Of a DNA stretch of 64,000 bases, positions 61,518 through 64,000 are shown in pieces. This DNA comes from Acidobacteriota bacterium (GTDB lineage Bacteria; Acidobacteriota; Aminicenantia; Aminicenantales; Saccharicenantaceae). Positions within the stretch are counted from its first letter, which is position 1; each line of letters opens with the position of its first letter. The notes under the pieces are model-generated. The model worked only from the letters and a program-made list of their open reading frames with translations, ran no database searches and was not told where the DNA came from. Position numbers and translations under genes: made by a program. The DNA is taken from contig JAWSUF010000007.1 of assembly GCA_033549365.1 (NCBI GenBank), positions 19,154 through 83,153 on the forward strand. The letters are read 5' to 3'.

Positions 61518-64000
61518 GGCCTCTCTCCCTTTCCGCCCGGCGATGGACGAGTTTCCCGTCGATGAAGACGGCTTCGGGCACGGATTTCGTCCGGAACGGA
61601 TGGCCCCGGAGAATGAGGATGTCGGCATCCTTTCCGGCCTCGAGGCTTCCCGTCCGGCCGGAGATCCCGGCGATCGCGGCGGCATCGACGGTCACGGCTC
61701 TGAGAGCGGCCTCTTCGTCCAGTCCGTTTTTCACGGCGAAGGCCGCGATCTCGAGGAGATCGCCTCCCGCCTCGCCGGCCGCCGGAGTCCAGCGCGATCC
61801 CTCCGCGGCCCGGAAGGCCAGACGCACACCGGCCTCGGCCAGAACGGCCGCCGCGGCCGGGTCGAAGCCGCGGTCTTCGATGTTTCCGGCGCCCCGGAAC
61901 GGATCGGCCAGAATGACCGGGATGCCGCGCCGGGCCAGTTCCCCGGCCAGCTTGTAGGCGTCCGTCGCCCCGTCGAGGATGATCCGGAGATCGAACTCGT
62001 CGGCGATGCGCAGGGCCGTCCGGATGTCGTCTTCGCGCTCGGCGTGGACGACGACCGGCATGTCGCCGCGAAGAACGGGCAAAAGAGCCTCCATGGCCAG
62101 ATCGCGCGCGGGCTCCGTCCCCTTCTTGTCTTTCTCATACCTCTCCCGGGCGGCGCCGTATTCGCGGGCCTTGACCAGGTTGTCCCGGAGTAGGGCGGCC
62201 AAGCCCATCCGGGTCATGGGAGACTGCTCCTTTCGCTTGGCCGAGACGCCAAAACCGAAAACCATGGCCGCCTGATCCTTGATGATCATCCGGTCGACGA
62301 CATCGCCGGCGGTTTTGAGGGTCGCGCCACGCCCGCCGATGACATTGAGATTTCCCGGAGTCACCAGGACCGAGGTGATGCCCAATTGGCGTGCATAGGC
62401 AAAGAGAGGCGCCTGGGGCTCGACGGCGTGACGAACGTCCATCTCGGGGGTTATGGGGCTCGAGCTTTCGTTGAGGGAGCTCTGGTTCCGCCAGTTCGTC
62501 GTGATGCCGAGCGACGAGCGGGGCGAGATGAGTCCGGGCATGACGGTGAACCCGCCGGCGTCGATGACGGCGTATCCTTCGGGAACGGCGAGTCCGGCGC
62601 CGGCCTTCTCGATCTTGCCGTCCTTGACCAGGACGACGCCGTTCGCAACCGGCGCGCCGGCCATGGTCAGCAGGGTGCCGGCCTTGATCGCGTAAGCGCT
62701 CCCCGCGCCGACGGCATCCGGAATTTCCAGCGCGCCCGTCGCCGATCCGGCCTCGATCCGGAGAGGCGCCGGCTCTTCCTCCGGTCTTTCGAACTCGACG
62801 CGGCCGTCGATGAGGACCTTCTCGACTCCCGTCAGAAACTCGAAGGGTTCGCCGTCGAGAAAAACGAGATCGGCGTCCTTGCCGGGTTCGATGCTTCCGA
62901 TCCGGTCCTCGAGCCCGACGGCTTCGGCCTCCCGGATGGTGATTGCCTTGAGGGCGTCGTCCTCCGTCATCCCGTAGCGGACGCAGAGCGCGGCCAGGTG
63001 GCGGAGGTTCTGCTGGCCGCCGCCGAGAGCGTCGGTCTGGAGCGAAACCTTGAGCCCGGCCTCGGCCAGAATGGCCGGTCCGTTCCGGAGCTCGACGTGG
63101 TTGTCGAAGTAGGTGAAGAACATCGGCGGCCCGACATTGAAATGGACGTCCCGGCGGTCCCGGAGATCGTCCACGATCAGGTAGGCCCAGTAGCAGTGGC
63201 CGAGACTCAGCCGCAGATTGAACTCGTCGGCCAGCCGGATGGAGGTCACAACCTCGGAGGCCGTGGCGCAGTGGATGTGGACCGGGATCTCCCGGCGCAG
63301 CGCCTTGACGAGGTTGTCTTTTCCGAGGTCGCGCTTGGGCGGAACCGGATTCTTACCCGCCGCCTTGTCCTTTTCATGGGTTTCCCAGCTTTTCTGATAA
63401 TCTTGGGCCTCGAGGAAGGCTTTGCGGGCCAGGTGATAAACCCCCATCATCGTGACCGGCATCTGTTTTTTCGCGCCGTAGACGCCGATGGGGTTGCCCT
63501 CAAGGGCCATCTTGAGGTCGCAGTCTTCGACGAGAACCATTTTGTCCGGGGAGGCGTTTTTGAGCTTGACCGCGACACTCGTCCCGCCGATGACGTTGGC
63601 GCTGCCCGGCCGTGAAACGATGGTCGTGACGCCGGCCGCCCGGCCGACGGCGATCGCGGGATCGTCGAAGTTGAAGGAATCCAGGGCCCGGACCTGGGGG
63701 GTCACGGGGTTGGTCATTTCGTTGCCGTCGGAGTTTTCATCGACCCTCGGGAGGCTGTAGACGCCGAGATGAGTGTGGATGTCGATGAGGCCGGGGATGA
63801 CGACTTTGGCCCGGAGAAGGCGCGCTCCGGCGGGGATGTCCAGGTCTTTGCCGACGGCCTTGATTTTTCCGTTTTCGATGAGGATGACGCCGTTATCGAC
63901 AGGTTCTCCCACGGCCGAGTAAATCCGCTCGGCCTTGACGGCCAGGACATCGCCGGCCGCGGGGGCCGGGCTTGGCCCGGCAGCCAGCGCCAGAAGCAAT
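61498..64000 (-). CDS. Tandem amidohydrolase-fold protein (two modules), 5'-truncated by the window edge
   Basis: The first module has the canonical PGLIDIHTHLG (HxH). The second module reads PGLISPRSSLG at the same position. The frame is open to the window end, so the true start lies beyond 64000. Confidence 0.8.
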   Translation of the reverse strand, partial: LLLALAAGPSPAPAAGDVLAVKAERIYSAVGEPVDNGVILIENGKIKAVGKDLDIPAGARLLRAKVVIPGLIDIHTHLGVYSLPRVDENSDGNEMTNPVTPQVRALDSFNFDDPAIAVGRAAGVTTIVSRPGSANVIGGTSVAVKLKNASPDKMVLVEDCDLKMALEGNPIGVYGAKKQMPVTMMGVYHLARKAFLEAQDYQKSWETHEKDKAAGKNPVPPKRDLGKDNLVKALRREIPVHIHCATASEVVTSIRLADEFNLRLSLGHCYWAYLIVDDLRDRRDVHFNVGPPMFFTYFDNHVELRNGPAILAEAGLKVSLQTDALGGGQQNLRHLAALCVRYGMTEDDALKAITIREAEAVGLEDRIGSIEPGKDADLVFLDGEPFEFLTGVEKVLIDGRVEFERPEEEPAPLRIEAGSATGALEIPDAVGAGSAYAIKAGTLLTMAGAPVANGVVLVKDGKIEKAGAGLAVPEGYAVIDAGGFTVMPGLISPRSSLGITTNWRNQSSLNESSSPITPEMDVRHAVEPQAPLFAYARQLGITSVLVTPGNLNVIGGRGATLKTAGDVVDRMIIKDQAAMVFGFGVSAKRKEQSPMTRMGLAALLRDNLVKAREYGAARERYEKDKKGTEPARDLAMEALLPVLRGDMPVVVHAEREDDIRTALRIADEFDLRIILDGATDAYKLAGELARRGIPVILADPFRGAGNIEDRGFDPAAAAVLAEAGVRLAFRAAEGSRWTPAAGEAGGDLLEIAAFAVKNGLDEEAALRAVTVDAAAIAGISGRTGSLEAGKDADILILRGHPFRTKSVPEAVFIDGKLVHRRAERERGHVAGSK

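Noticed and set aside
60249-63615. Plus-strand ORFs of 438, 225 and 409 aa over the amidohydrolase genes.
   Set aside because: They are antisense to ORFs with amidohydrolase motifs and have low-complexity Gly/Arg/Asp composition.
1-64000. A search by eye for CRISPR arrays, rRNA and tRNA genes, integrases and transposases.
   Set aside because: No regularly spaced 25-40-bp direct repeats were seen, no GGTTCGAATCC-type T-loop or cloverleaf candidates, and no recombinase or transposase-like ORFs. The only repeats are the MITE-like elements and the AbiEii mosaic. tRNAscan, Infernal and CRISPR-finder runs would be needed for certainty.

Overview
This is a 64-kb window from a high-GC (roughly 65-70 %) bacterial chromosome. 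The gene content (Ser/Thr kinase fused to a TolB-like propeller, BNR/Asp-box proteins, many secreted hypotheticals) suggests an Acidobacteriota/Aminicenantes-type genome, but that is only a guess.

Three zones are visible.

(1) Positions 1 to about 7,600 form a compositionally foreign block of about 45-50 % GC, made entirely of DNA-modification and restriction-type genes. It holds a translationally coupled four-gene minus-strand operon plus one stand-alone gene:
- a RadC-type HhH protein with a DUF4007-like C-terminal domain;
- a small BrxF-like protein;
- a 1310-aa PglX/Eco57I-like N6-adenine methyltransferase;
- a DUF262 (GmrSD-like) protein that runs off the left edge;
- a separate PUA/EVE-like + HNH endonuclease.
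I consider this operon the best candidate for an undescribed, methyltransferase-centred, BREX-like defence system.

(2) Positions about 7,700 to 24,400 are a host-GC accessory stretch rich in conflict and toxin-antitoxin modules:
- a DUF4143 AAA ATPase, then an Hsp70-like ATPase fused to TPR repeats, then a compact SF1 (UvrD-like) helicase. This is an unusual coupled operon and the second candidate system;
- an XRE-ImmA fusion followed by a Fic protein;
- an AbiEii-type nucleotidyltransferase cassette, plus a roughly 200-bp collapsed mosaic copy of the same cassette. Together they flank a solo MNT-type nucleotidyltransferase gene;
- an orphan TPP-dependent dehydrogenase E1 alpha/beta pair;
- a second DUF4143 ATPase;
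- a PIN/RHH toxin-antitoxin pair.
A family of roughly 60-150-bp MITE/REP-like intergenic elements punctuates this zone and extends beyond it.

(3) Positions about 24,400 to 64,000 are mostly housekeeping or ordinary genes:
- named genes: rsgA, pfkA, hutU, prfA-prmC, rpmE, rsmD and thiC;
- two SSS-family transporters and a K+ channel;
- an alpha-oxoamine synthase / SDR / GNAT cluster that resembles bacterial sphingolipid synthesis;
- a small Cys-rich peptide / NHL propeller / redoxin / ABC operon;
- tandem amidohydrolase modules.

I saw no CRISPR array, rRNA or tRNA. Many long ORFs in the track are antisense artefacts of the high GC content and were not called. All functional calls rest on motifs I can read in the translations. 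No database search was run.
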